NCBI GenBank assembly: GCA_963779615.1
Contig: CAVZZA010000003.1
Coordinates: 448,001 to 512,000 of the forward strand
Origin: an uncultured Nitrososphaeraceae archaeon
Lineage (GTDB): Archaea > Thermoproteota > Nitrososphaeria > Nitrososphaerales > Nitrososphaeraceae
Reading direction: 5' to 3'
Length of the DNA: 64,000 bases
Both the position numbers and the translations under genes were made by a program. The stretch's first letter is position 1. Every line of letters starts with the position of its first letter. This document shows positions 41,389-53,193 of the stretch, piece by piece. Under the pieces are notes generated by a model that worked only from the letters and a program-made list of their open reading frames with translations, was not told the DNA's origin and did no database searches.

Positions 41389-41976
41389 TTGAAAGGAAAA
41401 AATGGAGAAGGAAGTGAAGAAAGACGCATCAATGACATGCATGATTATGGAGAATTAAAGGTAATGATCAAAGGGTTTTTTCTTTTAGATAACAATATAA
41501 AGAAATTGTATGGTTACCTTAAATCTAACCATAAAGATGTCAACGTTGTGATTGTAAATTCCAACATTGTTTTTGGATTGGAGCATATTTTTGGCATCTT
41601 ACGGATTATACACACCGAAATGAAAATTGGAAAAGAAAGGGAAATAAAAAACTTTGAAATTGAATTCTTGTTAAGAATTTGTTATACTGATCAAATTTCA
41701 AACGCCTTTAATATCCTAAATGATAACGAAAACTACGGCTTTATTTGCATTTTATTTTCCAACTGCCTATCAAGCATCGAAAACACATATTTACACTTAA
41801 AAAACTATGGAATTGAAAACAGCAGTCTGATTCAAACCTCAGAGGCTAAAAAATCACACATTATCCAGGTTTTTTTCAAAAATGACCTAAAGGATTTTAA
41901 TAGCCAACTTATAAAGGACGACCAAAAGTTTCAGCAATTTCTCATTGAAAGATCCGCAATATCCGTAAACAAATAA
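41389..41976 (+). CDS. cgi121: KEOPS complex subunit Cgi121
   Basis: VFGLEHI...EIEFLLRI..TDQISNAF...LIERSA. Lies next to the Sua5/YrdC gene. Confidence 0.75.
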   Translation: MKGKNGEGSEERRINDMHDYGELKVMIKGFFLLDNNIKKLYGYLKSNHKDVNVVIVNSNIVFGLEHIFGILRIIHTEMKIGKEREIKNFEIEFLLRICYTDQISNAFNILNDNENYGFICILFSNCLSSIENTYLHLKNYGIENSSLIQTSEAKKSHIIQVFFKNDLKDFNSQLIKDDQKFQQFLIERSAISVNK

Positions 41977-42020
41977 CATGTTACAGTTAAAATATTAAAA
42001 GAAACGCCTAATTGCAATGA

Positions 42021-42554
42021 TTATTCCAAAGAACGTTTCTCAATCATTGAGCTAAATAAAAAATCAGGTTTAATAACAGAGACTCCGGCATATCTTCCTA
42101 TTATTTCTATCAAAAGTACCCATATTGGGGTAGTCAAATCAACTCTTTTAGATAAAAATGGAGCTATTTCACTAATAATATCAATTTTTTTTAAATTGGT
42201 ATGCCTCTTTTCAATTTGGATTTTAAAAGACTCACCATTTGGTACTTTATTCATCAATTCAATAGAAATATCTTTCAGTTCCGAAAGACTAGCCAAAACA
42301 ACTTTTTCGATAGGGATAAACCTTAACAGATACCTAATATCCCAGGGGGCATCCTTTAATTTTTCTCTCAAAAAGACAATAAAGTCAATGGGATCCTTTG
42401 AACATAGCCCTACAACAAGACCATCTATATTGGTTGTCCTAACAGTGGTGTACGAGTCTCCAAATTCATAAAACAGTTCTTTTAGTTCATCCATAAGATC
42501 ATCTTCCTTGAATCTAAAGGTTGTTGCAACAAAATTAAATTCCAAAATCATCAC
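42021..42554 (-). CDS. THUMP-domain RNA-binding protein
   Basis: SFKIQIEKR, VDLTTP..VLLIEIIG.YAGVSV. Confidence 0.88.
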   Translation of the reverse strand: MMILEFNFVATTFRFKEDDLMDELKELFYEFGDSYTTVRTTNIDGLVVGLCSKDPIDFIVFLREKLKDAPWDIRYLLRFIPIEKVVLASLSELKDISIELMNKVPNGESFKIQIEKRHTNLKKIDIISEIAPFLSKRVDLTTPIWVLLIEIIGRYAGVSVIKPDFLFSSMIEKRSLE

Positions 42555-42569
42555 TTTTCCTTCTTTTTA

Positions 42570-43208
42570 TTAATAAAGTCCTTTTAAAACTGTAAAAATC
42601 CTTTCTTTTGAAATCACTCCTTCTCGCATTATTTTTGGATTGCCGACTTCAACAAGATCTGCGATGGTAGACACTCCATTTATAGAATTATTCAAAACCC
42701 CCCCGTCAACTACTGCATCATAGCCGTGTAGGTTGCTAAATTCAAGTTCTTGAGTATCAACAATAGGACAATGCGAAGATAAATTGGCGCTTGTGCCCAC
42801 CAGGAATTTACACCTTGTCATGTGTATTAAATTAATAGTGCATGTGTTATTAGGAATCCTAATAGCAACAGTTTTATCAAAAGTGTATTTGGGAATCAAA
42901 GAATTTTTTTTTGTTTTTAATATCAATGTTAATTGACCTGGCCAAAACTGTTTAATCAGAGCAGCTGCTTCTTTTGTAATCTCGACAAATGCCGAAGCAT
43001 CTTCTACACCCGTAGTCAAAATAGGCAAGTATTTATCCAAAGGTCGATTCTTAATTTTGTAGAGCCTCAAAACAGAATCATCATTAAAAGGATCACAGCC
43101 TATACCATACACAGTATCTGTAGGGAACACAATGATTGAACCATTATCTATAAGAGAGGCACATTTTTTTAGATCCATGTCATTGTTACAATTAAAATAA
43201 AAAACCAC
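42570..43208 (-). CDS. L-threonylcarbamoyladenylate synthase (Sua5/YrdC/TsaC)
   Basis: FPTDTVYGIG, KIKNRP, FWPGQLT and TSANLS. Confidence 0.93.
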   Translation of the reverse strand: MVFYFNCNNDMDLKKCASLIDNGSIIVFPTDTVYGIGCDPFNDDSVLRLYKIKNRPLDKYLPILTTGVEDASAFVEITKEAAALIKQFWPGQLTLILKTKKNSLIPKYTFDKTVAIRIPNNTCTINLIHMTRCKFLVGTSANLSSHCPIVDTQELEFSNLHGYDAVVDGGVLNNSINGVSTIADLVEVGNPKIMREGVISKERIFTVLKGLY

Positions 43209-43579
43209 AAAAAGATATTCAAATCATTTCAATTTATTTGTTGTAAAATAGTATAATTAGAAGAGGATTCAAATCTACTGTAAGGCATCATTAATAATTA
43301 AAACCATTATTTCCCCCAATGAACAAAGTCAAGTCTGTTGACAATACCGATTAATACTGCCTTAACCACTACAACTAACAATAATTTCTGCTGTCTATTA
43401 CTTTTTTAAAATATTTGCTTTTATTTCTAACAAAACAGTACATAGAATAACAAAACCGAACCGTCAAATCACCCAATTCCAAAAAAGTCCAAACGATAAG
43501 ATGAAGGAATGCAGAATCAACAATAAGTATTTTTATTTGATCCATTCATAATAATTTCTATAAACAAAACAGATTTAAA

Positions 43580-44193
43580 ATGGTTGAAGAAAATATTTGG
43601 AATAAAAAGAAATTAGGCTACAGTTATTATGATGATGGATCAAATGAGTTTGATAAAACAATTAATGGATATTATCGACTAATAGGTGGAGATGATAACA
43701 AATACGATAAGGAAACCAGCAGAAGATTGGCATCATTTGGAGATGAACTTTTAAGGAAAAGATCCTATGAAAAATTTACTACATTCAAGGCAGACCATGA
43801 TGACATGATCATAGGGAACCATTTGCGGTTATTTTCGTTTTGTGAACATCATTTACTTCCGTTTTTTGGCGAGGTCGCCATTGGATACATACCAGATAAC
43901 AAGATTTTCGGACTATCAAAGTTTCAGAGACTCATAGACAAAGTTTCCTCAAGGCCGCAGCTGCAGGAGAGACTGACATATCAAATTCTTGAGGAAATCA
44001 AAAACAGACTAGCCCCAAAAGGAATAGGAGTTGTAATAAAAGCTATACACACCTGTGTATTTGCCAGGGGGACCCAATCCAGTCCACAGCTGAATTTACT
44101 ACATCTGCAGTAGATGGCATATTCAAGGAAAACATAAACACTAAAAATGAATTTTTCTCCATAATAAATGCAAATGGAAGATTACGCATATGA
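43580..44193 (+). CDS. folE: GTP cyclohydrolase I (frameshift near 44080)
   Basis: SFCEHHLLPF.G, GLSKF.R, RPQLQERLT and H.C..RG. The C-terminus STAEFTTSAVDGIF...EFF is in another frame, ending at 44193. Confidence 0.88.
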
Positions 44194-44334
44194 TTTCTAA
44201 CCGTCGCGTCTTCACCTGTTTTTTAAAAAGTTATTTTACAATACATGAAAACAGGTGTAGCATTATACAACGTTGGCAATCATATAATAAAATACGATAT
44301 ATTTTAATTAGATAGAGTAGCGAGAAATTTTAAG

Positions 44335-45191
44335 TTGATATCTGCAGCCAATACCAATGCCACCAGCAATAGCAGCAGCAGAAATACCCGGAGCAATGCT
44401 ACAGAGTATTTAGATTGGAATGACTCTTTAAATATACTAGATAAGGCATATAAACTAGGGTTATTTGTTTTAATTATCGGGCCTAAAGGCACAGGAAAAA
44501 CAGCCCTGGTAAGGAAATTTGCAAGTCAAATAAATAAAGAACTGGTTTCCATCAATTTTAGCCTTAGAACTAGAGAATCGCATCTGATAGGAACAAACAC
44601 CATTGACAACGGCCAAATAAATTTTGTGAATGGAATTTTAGTTCGATCAATGACTGAGGGCAACATACTCTATTTAGATGAACTTAATGCAGCAGAGCCT
44701 GATGTATTGCTAAGATTAGATGAAGCGCTGGATGACAGAAGACAAATAGTCTTAAAGGAATCAGAGGGTCAAACCATCATAGCAAAAGAGGGACTGGTTT
44801 TCGATAGGCACCATAAACCCATTGTCGCATGTCGGAACAAAAGAATTACCCCCTCAGATAATCAGCAGATTTCCAATCAGAATAATGCTGGATTACCCTC
44901 CAGAGGAAACAGAGTTGGAAATAATAAAAAAACACGTGAACTATGACTTTTAACGATGAAGAATTAATAACAAGTGCAATAAAATTGGCTAATAATTTAA
45001 GGAAAGCAGCATCACTTGAAGAGATTTTTTACAGCCCCAGTATAAGGGAAACCATAGCATTTTCAAAACTTGTCACCAACAATACCAATCCAAAGGATGC
45101 TGCGGAAATAGTATTTGCAAATGTATACCACCAGTGGGGAGAAATAGAATACAGAAAAGCGATGGACATTATAACTTCAATTTTCATTTAA
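44335..45191 (+). CDS. MoxR/CbbQ/NirQ-family AAA+ ATPase (two frameshifts)
   Basis: GPKGTGKT and LYLDELN. Continues GTINP...SRFP after a shift at about 44791, and a second shift at about 44950 leads into PSIRETI. Confidence 0.88.
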
Positions 45192-45196
45192 TCGAG

Positions 45197-46948
45197 ATGA
45201 GATAAATTGTCGATTTTCTGGGAACTCAAATGAAAAAGGAAAAGGAAAAGAGGACAATAATAATAAGATCAGCAATGAAACAAAGAATGGCATAAAAACC
45301 CCGGATACTGAAATTGACGATGCTAGCATAAGAAACGATGTATTGATTAGAAATTTCAACTTTTTTGGCAAGACGATGGTCAAATAATAATAGCGTAATC
45401 TGTTCTAATATCACAGGAGAATAAAACTTATACAAATATTAGAAAAAAAGAAAATAACATTGCCCCAATTGGAATATTTTCATGGCAATACATTTCAAAA
45501 ATACAGACAATGGAGAACATTATTATGGCATGAATCAATGAGATTGAGGTATTCGTTTAAAATATACGATACTGACATAGCATTTGGACATATTTTCAAC
45601 ATATTAGAAACTAAAAGAGTGGAAATATTTGGGTCTATGACGAATGGAAAGGCATGATCAAAGAAATAATATATTATGAAGCATTGTCGGGCAACAACAA
45701 ACCTCTTTTAAATTCTCTTCATGGAAAGCAAAAATCATTGAAGCTTTCTCCCAGTTTTTTTTGACGGGTTTCATTAAAGGTGAAATTTATGGTGGAGAAA
45801 GTGAGAGAATACTAAAAGCCTCAGAGGATGCAAAAAACTTTAATAAAAGAATACGTTTCGAAAAATATGAAAACAATAAAAAAATTTTAACCCCACAGAA
45901 GACCAAAAATGGCTTGAAAGTGAGACAAGGCAAATAATAAGAATACTTACAAATAGATTCGTTAATGTCTATGCCTCCAATTCCCATCATCATGCCTAAA
46001 AACAAGATTGGCCTTTCAATAAGTCATGAGGAGGAGAACTTGTCAAATCAAATTGAGAAGATATTAAAATTAAAAAACAAGGAACCAGGATTAGAAAAAA
46101 CAAACAATGAAATAGAGCAAGGAAAAGACATAAAAGAAGAATTTAAGGCCATTGTGAAAGAAAGTAAAAAAAATGACAACAAAGGTTATGAGACTACAGA
46201 GAATCTTTCAATTGCAATACCAGAATATGATATGGAAATTGACGAAAATAAAATATATGATTTGATTTGATAAATAAAGCAAAAACAGCATTAAAAGAAT
46301 GGAAAACAGGATGGAAAGAAAAATATGATTACCAAGGTGAAGAATTAGAGATTGAAAATCACATAGAAAGACAGCCAAAAGTTTTCATAAATGATAAAAA
46401 GATTTCAATAAATGTTCAAGATTTCAATACTATTAGATCTTTCGAGCAGTATAGAGGATAACGAAATAGAATACAAAAAGGCAGCAGTGGCTCTTTGTGA
46501 AGGACTAGATTATCTAGGTATAAAATTTTCAATCTATGCATTTAACACAGAATCACGCGCTATCAAATGTTGGGCCATTAAACCTCAAAATGTTAGATGG
46601 GGATCAATTTATGCGAAAAGACTAATGCAGATAAAACCTCTAGGTGGAACCCCATTAGCTGAGGTTTATAAAATATTACAACCAACCATCAATTCTTTTA
46701 AGCCAGATATTTTTGTAACCCTAACGGATGGAGAACCTTCCGACATGGATGCAGTTAGATTAGCAGTCTTATCATACAAAAGATATGGAATAAAAATGAT
46801 AGCAATAGGTTTGGGATCGGATATAAATGATGCAATAGGTATCGGATATAATTTAAAATACCTAAACTATCAGAAAACTTTGACATTATCTAAAAAAAGG
46901 CTTCAGGATTTACCAAAAAAAGTACTTGGTTTGTTAACACTAAATTGA
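45197..46948 (+). CDS. VWA-domain partner protein (CbbO/NorD-like), multiply frameshifted
   Basis: Fragments 45460-45657 (LWHESMR), 45965-46270, 46267-46461 and 46412-46948 (MIDAS DLSSS, GGTPL, LTDG). The 5' end is uncertain. Confidence 0.75.
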
Positions 46949-46987
46949 GCACACAAGAGAGGGGGAAAACAAACAAAAAATAAATAA

Positions 46988-47653
46988 TTAAAACCGTAAA
47001 TTTGGAAACCCTTTTTTCACTTTTTCCCAATCAGCCAAAAAACATCCAGGCCCTTATCAGTTAGCGAATGATGAATCATTTTTTGAAGTATTTCAGGTGG
47101 CAAAGTAACAACATCAGCACCCAATTTTGCAGACTCGATCACATGAATAGGATGACGGACACTGGCAACAAGCACCTGTGTGGATATATCGTAGCTCTGC
47201 AAATATCTGTACAATATCACTGATCAAGGTTAATCCATCATGACCAATATCATCCAACCTGCCAATAAACGGACTGACGTATGCTGCACCAGCTTTTGAA
47301 GCAAGTAATGCTTGATTTGCTGAGAAAATCAGGGTCACGTTTGTTTTGATGTTTTTTTTAGTTAGCGCATTGACAGCCTTTAAACCTTCACTAGTCATTG
47401 GAATTTTCACCACGACATTATCCCCATAATTAGCAAGTTTCAACGACTCCTCCATCATTTCATCAAATCCGGTTGCAACAACCTCCAGACTAACAGGGCC
47501 ATCCACAAGTTTGACAATTTTCTTCATTGCGTCAACAGGATCACTATTTTCTTTGAACAGAAGAGTAGGATTTGTGGTAATGCCATCCACTATACCAAGT
47601 TCAAGGTATTTTTGTATTGATTCAAGATTAGCCGTATCCAAAAATATTTTCAT
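46988..47653 (-). CDS. tal: Transaldolase (TalC/FSA family), two frameshifts
   Basis: MKIFLDTA, GITTNP, VVKIP, NVTLIFS and YVSPFIGRLDD. The C-terminus LVASVRHP...FLADWEK is in shifted frames. Confidence 0.9.
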
Positions 47654-47656
47654 TTT

Positions 47657-48628
47657 CTATCGCTTTTTTTTAGATTCAATCACATTCTTTACTATTTCTT
47701 TTGGAGACAAGCCAAATTTATCAAATAATTGGTCTATTTCATCATCTCTTGCAGATTCACCGAATATATCACTATACCTAATTTTTTCACAAAAGTTGGG
47801 CAACACTCAGAGGTAACTTCAGAAATAGAAGAGCCTAATCCGCCTATAACACTGTGCTCTTCCACCGAAACAATAGGACCAGTTTCTTTGACACATTTAT
47901 AGATAAGATCCCTATCAATGGGTTTTATAGAATACATATCAACAACCCTACATGAAATACCATGTTCTTTTTTTAATATATCACTAGCATTTATGGAAGA
48001 GGACACCATTGTACCGCAAGATAACAAACTCAAATCGTTTCCATCAATTAGTATGTTCCCCTTTCCGATTTGAAATTCAGAACTAGGAGAGTAAATTTCC
48101 TGAGTTGATGGGCGTGCCAACCTAACGTAAAATGGACCATGTAATATCCGCTATTTGCCTTATCAGATTTTCAACCGTGATAGAATCAGAAGGAACTAAA
48201 ACTTTTAAATTTGGAAGAGATCGCATTACAGAAATATCCTCTATTTGCTGATGGGTGGCACCGTCGGGTCCTACAGATAAACCGGCATGGGATACCACAA
48301 TTTTCACGTTAAGGCTTGGGTAACAAATTGCATTCCTAATCTGATCCAAACATCGGCCCGGAACAAAAGCAGCATAGGTGCTTGCAAATGCAATTTTTCC
48401 CGCGATTGCTAAACCTGCAGCTATTGAAACCAGGTTAGCTTCTGCTATTCCCACATTAAAAAGCCTATTAGGGTATTTTTCCCCAAATGCTTTTGTTTTT
48501 AATGATTCAGTAGTGTCACCACCGACACAAACAACATTTGGATTTTCACCTCCCAACCTCACCAAGGTTTGTCCGTATGCCGACCTCATCTCAGAAATAC
48601 GTATATCATTACTCAAAGAATATGACAA
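47657..48628 (-). CDS. Transketolase, pyrimidine-binding/C-terminal subunit (frameshifted)
   Basis: FNVGIAEAN, GPDGATHQ.IED and VEEHSVIGGLG, spread over several frames. Confidence 0.9.
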
Positions 48629-48630
48629 TA

Positions 48631-50296
48631 TTATTTACCCACGTTTGCTGTAATGGTTTTTAAATCGCCGTTTATAATTATTTTTGTTCCCATAATTCTT
48701 TAACCACGCTATACCGATTTAGAATACTTTTTCTGTTTTTTATCCAATCTTCTTTTATGCCAAATGAATCTGATTCTCACAATAACTCTTTTTCAAGAGT
48801 AGAATCCAATAAATATTTTGTATTTTTGATTGTTTCAATAATATTATCAGAACCAAAAATAGCATTCCCCATAACAAAAATCCTACAACCAGCCTCATAA
48901 CAAGCGGATATAGTTGACAAATCAATACCCCCATCAGCTTCAAAGTATCCCCCATATCCATTTTCCCTAAGTCTCGGTATCATGCCTTTCATTTTATCCA
49001 GAGATGAGGGGATAAACTTTTGGCCCGCAAAACCAGGATTGACTGACATTATTATCATTACATCCAAACAATTGAGATAGCGGTATACCCATTCTGGCAA
49101 TTCGGTATTTGGGTTAATTGCCAGACCAGGGCTTACACCACTAGAAATTATCTTTTTATGGATTTTTTCAAATTCCGATTCATCCTTACAGGCTTCAACA
49201 TGAACAGTAATTATATCACAGCCTGCATCAATATATGAATCCAGAACAGCATACGGATTGTGCACCATAAGATGAGCATCAAACGGCAATTTAGTAATCC
49301 CACGTAGTTTTTTTATTGTATCGTGAAAAAATGTTGTATTGGGAACAAATTTTCCATCCATAACATCAAGGTGAATCATATCACAGCCGAATTTTTCAAC
49401 TACTTCAATTTTTGATTCAAAACTCTCCTTACTCCCCCCTGCAATAATTGAAGGCGCAATCATATAATCGCCTTCCAACTCCTTTATTAATACCGGAAGA
49501 TGTTTTTTGGAAGGCGCCCTGCCATGCCACTGGGGGTTATTTGCCATATGTTTGATTCCGTTTCCTTTTACAGTATTAGCTATTATCATTTTGGGTTTTC
49601 CCGAAGGCTTTGTTTTGAGCTCGTGTATTAGTTGTTCTATCCTATGACCATTTATTTCGACTACGTCCCAGTTAAAAGATAACCATTTATCTTTAACGGG
49701 ATCGATAGGCATGATATCATCGGTAAATCCGTCTTGCTGGATTCTATTCCTATCCAATATAGCAATTATATTGTCAAGCTTAAACTTAGCAGCAGCCATT
49801 GCGGCTTCCCATATCTGGCCTTCATTAACTTCCCCATCACCTAGCAGACAATAAATCATATTATTTTTACCATCAAGACTGTTTGCAAGACCGATACCAA
49901 CAGAGATTGACAAGCCTATTCCTTCAGATCCCCCAGAATACTCTATTCCAGGAACACTGTGATGTTTTTGCAATTCACTATATCTAACAGGATGTCCCTG
50001 TAATCGAGAATTTAATTTTCTTAATGTTTTTATTTCTTCTTTTGGAAAGGAACCAGATATAGATAACGTCGCATAGTAACCAGGAGCAGAATGAGCTTTA
50101 GAGTTTATAAAGTAATCACGGTTTTGAAAGAAAGGGTTTGCGATATCCACATGCATAATTTGAAAATAAAGAGATCCCATGATTTCCGCAGCAGAAAAAG
50201 AAGCGCCGGGATGGCCAGAACCAGCTTCAGTTATCCCTGTAAGGCCAAAATTCTTGCTTCTTTAATTTTATTTTTAATCGATAGAAATCTACTCAT
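48631..50296 (-). CDS. rpe: Transketolase N-terminal (TPP-binding) domain fused to ribulose-phosphate 3-epimerase
   Basis: GSGHPG (shifted frame), SKAHSAP, LQGHP, GDGEVNEG and WHG, then in the same frame IAPSII, HLDVMDG.FVPN, DAHLM, MSVNPGFAGQ and DGG. Confidence 0.88.
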
Positions 50297-50322
50297 AGTT
50301 GTGCATCTTTTTACATTCACCC

Positions 50323-50735
50323 TTACCATATCATAATACCACAGTGACAATCAAACAACAAAAGAGAAAAAAAGAAGCCATTTTTATTGCAATTATGCAT
50401 TATGGCATCTTTATCAATATCTGACAAGATTGAATCTAAATCATCACTGGTCAGCCCTACACCCATTCTTGCATCCCTTCTACTTTTAATAGATTTGTTT
50501 GAAAAACTGATTAGAGTAGGTACAGCAGTAATATTATACTCTATCCCACAAAGGATTGTCATCATCATTTAGTTTAACTCCCCCAACCAAAATGTGAGGA
50601 CTTGCTTTTTTTTCAGCTCTCCTCAAAAACTGGTATAAACCGACTGCAATAAGGACACCAATCGGCATAGAACATGACAAGGGAATTTGAATTGTTTGTA
50701 AGCAGGTCCACCTCGTCCAAACCATAATCTTTCAT
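50323..50735 (-). CDS. Thioredoxin (frameshifted)
   Basis: From the ATG at 50735: MKDYGL...VMFYADWCPYC. Later frames give DDDNPLW and YNITAVPTLISF. The true stop may lie near 50400. Confidence 0.8.
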
Positions 50736-50875
50736 ACCACATCTATCATCAAAACAATAATTAAAAAATATTTATAATTTATTTCAAGAACAAAATTCTC
50801 AGACAGAAAAGAAGAGGATGATGATGACAAAGAAGAAACCAAAAGAACAGCAACACAATAATATATGCTGAAGAA

Positions 50876-52280
50876 TTATCCGGGAGCCCTGAAATCAGGT
50901 AGCTGAGGGAGTTTGAAATCAGGTAGCTGAGGCAGTTTGAAATCAGGCAGTTGAGGCAGTTTGAAATCAGGAAACGGGGCATAAGGATTGTTGTTTGGAC
51001 CAGAAGGTGACGAGGAAGAAAGGTCATCCTGCAAAGACAATGTAGGCCTGGGGCTAAGTATAGATGTCAATTTTAATATCTGTCCATTCCTATTAACAAC
51101 CAAATTAATTGAATCTCCTACCTTTTTATTTATATCCAAATATGATATAACATCATCTATTCGTGTCACAGGCACATTGTCAACACCAATAAGAATATCT
51201 TTGTCGATAATTTGTTGACGCCCGTCCCTAGCAACCTGAATAGTCATGCCATTCAGTCCAGCTTTGTCTGCTGGTCCATTTTTTACCACATTATCAATTA
51301 CTACACCTTTATAATTTCGAGTAAGTCCAAAACTTTCAGACAAGTCAGGAGTCAGTTTGAATCCGGAAATGCCAAGCCAAGGATGTTGATAAGATCCGCT
51401 TTTTATCAATGAAGGAACTATCCTAATCACATCATTGGAAGGAATTGCAAAACCAACTCCGGCATAAGCGCCCGTATTTGAGAAAATCGCAGTATTCATC
51501 CCCACAACATCCCCATTTAAATCAATCAAAGGGCCACCGGAATTTCCAGGATTTATTGCAGCGTCTGTTTGGATCACATTAGGAATGGAATATCCCGAGT
51601 CGGAATTAGGCAATAGCCTGCCAATCTGGCTTACAATTCCAAAAGTTAAGGTGTTGTCCAAACCATAAGGATTCCCAATAGCAAGCACAGGATCACCTAC
51701 CTTTAAATTTAGTTGAATTGGAAAACACTACAGGTACCAGGTTTTCCTCAGATGGATCAACTAATTTGATTACTGCAATGTCTCCATATGGGTCTGCCCC
51801 AACTAATTGTGCAGAATACGTATTCCCATCGTTAAATGTAACTATAATATCAGTAGCAGAACTAACAACATGATAATTTGTTATAATGTAACCTGACTTA
51901 TCATATACAAACCCAGAACCAAATTTTGCAGGTATAGGACTGTTAGTGCCGGTGTCAAAAAATGGATTGGACGAATCGGCAGACCTGTATTCTGTGGCAA
52001 TTTGAACAACTGAATCCTTTGCCTTGTTAAATACACCATTTAGCACAGAATTGGCACCGTTACCAAACAACCCCAAACTCTTTTGTGTTGAATTTTGGCC
52101 ATATACACACAAGGAGTTTACGGAAACACCTGATATCAGGAGCAAACTAAAAAAAAACGTCATGTTCTGTTTATTGTTAAAAAAAATAAGCATCATGTAA
52201 CATAGCATCATTTTATATTTATGTTTTAACATGTTTTTAATAAACAGCATAACATATAAGAGGTTAAAAAAATTCACCAA
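50876..52280 (-). CDS. HtrA/DegP-like serine protease with PDZ domain (frameshift at about 51695)
   Basis: [34 protein letters not shown] and a PDZ domain. Start may be at about 52163. Confidence 0.9.
50890..50971 (-). repeat. 24-bp tandem repeat (about 3.4 copies) encoding PDFKLPQL
   Basis: Visible repeat tgaaatcagg(t/c)ag(c/t)tgagg(g/c)agtt. Confidence 0.9.
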
Positions 52281-52335
52281 ACGAACAGAACTACAAAAGA
52301 TAAAAGATAGTTACGTATAACCTGATCATAAAATA

Positions 52336-53091
52336 ATGTCCATCACAAATGAAAATGATAATAATATAGTAACCATAAAAAACTTGGATTTGAAGAGCAA
52401 TTCAGACATTATTTTAGATGACATTTCATTTGAAATTAATAAAGGAGACTTTTTGGGAATAATAGGGCCAAATGGAGCCGGAAAAACCACGCTTTTTAAA
52501 TGCATGCTAGGACTGAATAAAGATTATTCAGGAACAATAAAGATTTTCAACAAAGAGATAAAGAAAGACTTTAAAAAAATATATAAAAAGATAGGATACA
52601 TACCCCAATCCAACAACTTTGATCAGAGATTTCCCGCGACAGTAAAGGAAATAATACAATTCGGCACGATAGGGAAAAAGGTCGATAGGGAAAAAATTGA
52701 TAATCTTTTAGAATTAACAGGCATTTCAGAATACCTCAATAGGAGAATAGGAGACCTATCAGGAGGTCAACAGCAAAGAGTCATGATAACCAAGGCATTA
52801 ATCCATGAGCCCGAACTTTTAATACTAGATGAACCCGCTACAGCTATTGACGCAAATATATTAAAGTTATTCTACAAACTATTAATAAAATTAAACAAGG
52901 AAAAAAATATAACAATAATTTGGTCTTCGCACGATCTTGATGCAGTTAATCTTCTATCAAACAAGGTAGCATGCATTTACAAGAAACTATTATTTCACGG
53001 TCGATCTGAAGAATTTTTTAGCGACGAAAATAACTTAAAAAAATTTACAGAATCAGCAATGCATATCCACATTAAGAGTCATCACCACTAA
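52336..53091 (+). CDS. Metal (Zn/Mn) ABC transporter ATP-binding subunit (ZnuC-like)
   Basis: GPNGAGKTT, IGYIPQ, LSGGQQQR, LDEP and a His-rich C-terminus. Confidence 0.9.
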   Translation: MSITNENDNNIVTIKNLDLKSNSDIILDDISFEINKGDFLGIIGPNGAGKTTLFKCMLGLNKDYSGTIKIFNKEIKKDFKKIYKKIGYIPQSNNFDQRFPATVKEIIQFGTIGKKVDREKIDNLLELTGISEYLNRRIGDLSGGQQQRVMITKALIHEPELLILDEPATAIDANILKLFYKLLIKLNKEKNITIIWSSHDLDAVNLLSNKVACIYKKLLFHGRSEEFFSDENNLKKFTESAMHIHIKSHHH

Positions 53092-53193
53092 CCTTAACAG
53101 ATATGGCATCAAAACAATTGAACTTGAAGAATGAAAGAATAAATAATAAAGTCGCTAAAACACTGAAGTAATTGTAAAGGATAAAGAAAAAAC

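Noticed and set aside
44070-51700. Programmed frameshifting or stop-codon recoding
   Set aside because: The breaks are indels in both directions, confined to one block, with no shared slippery motif.
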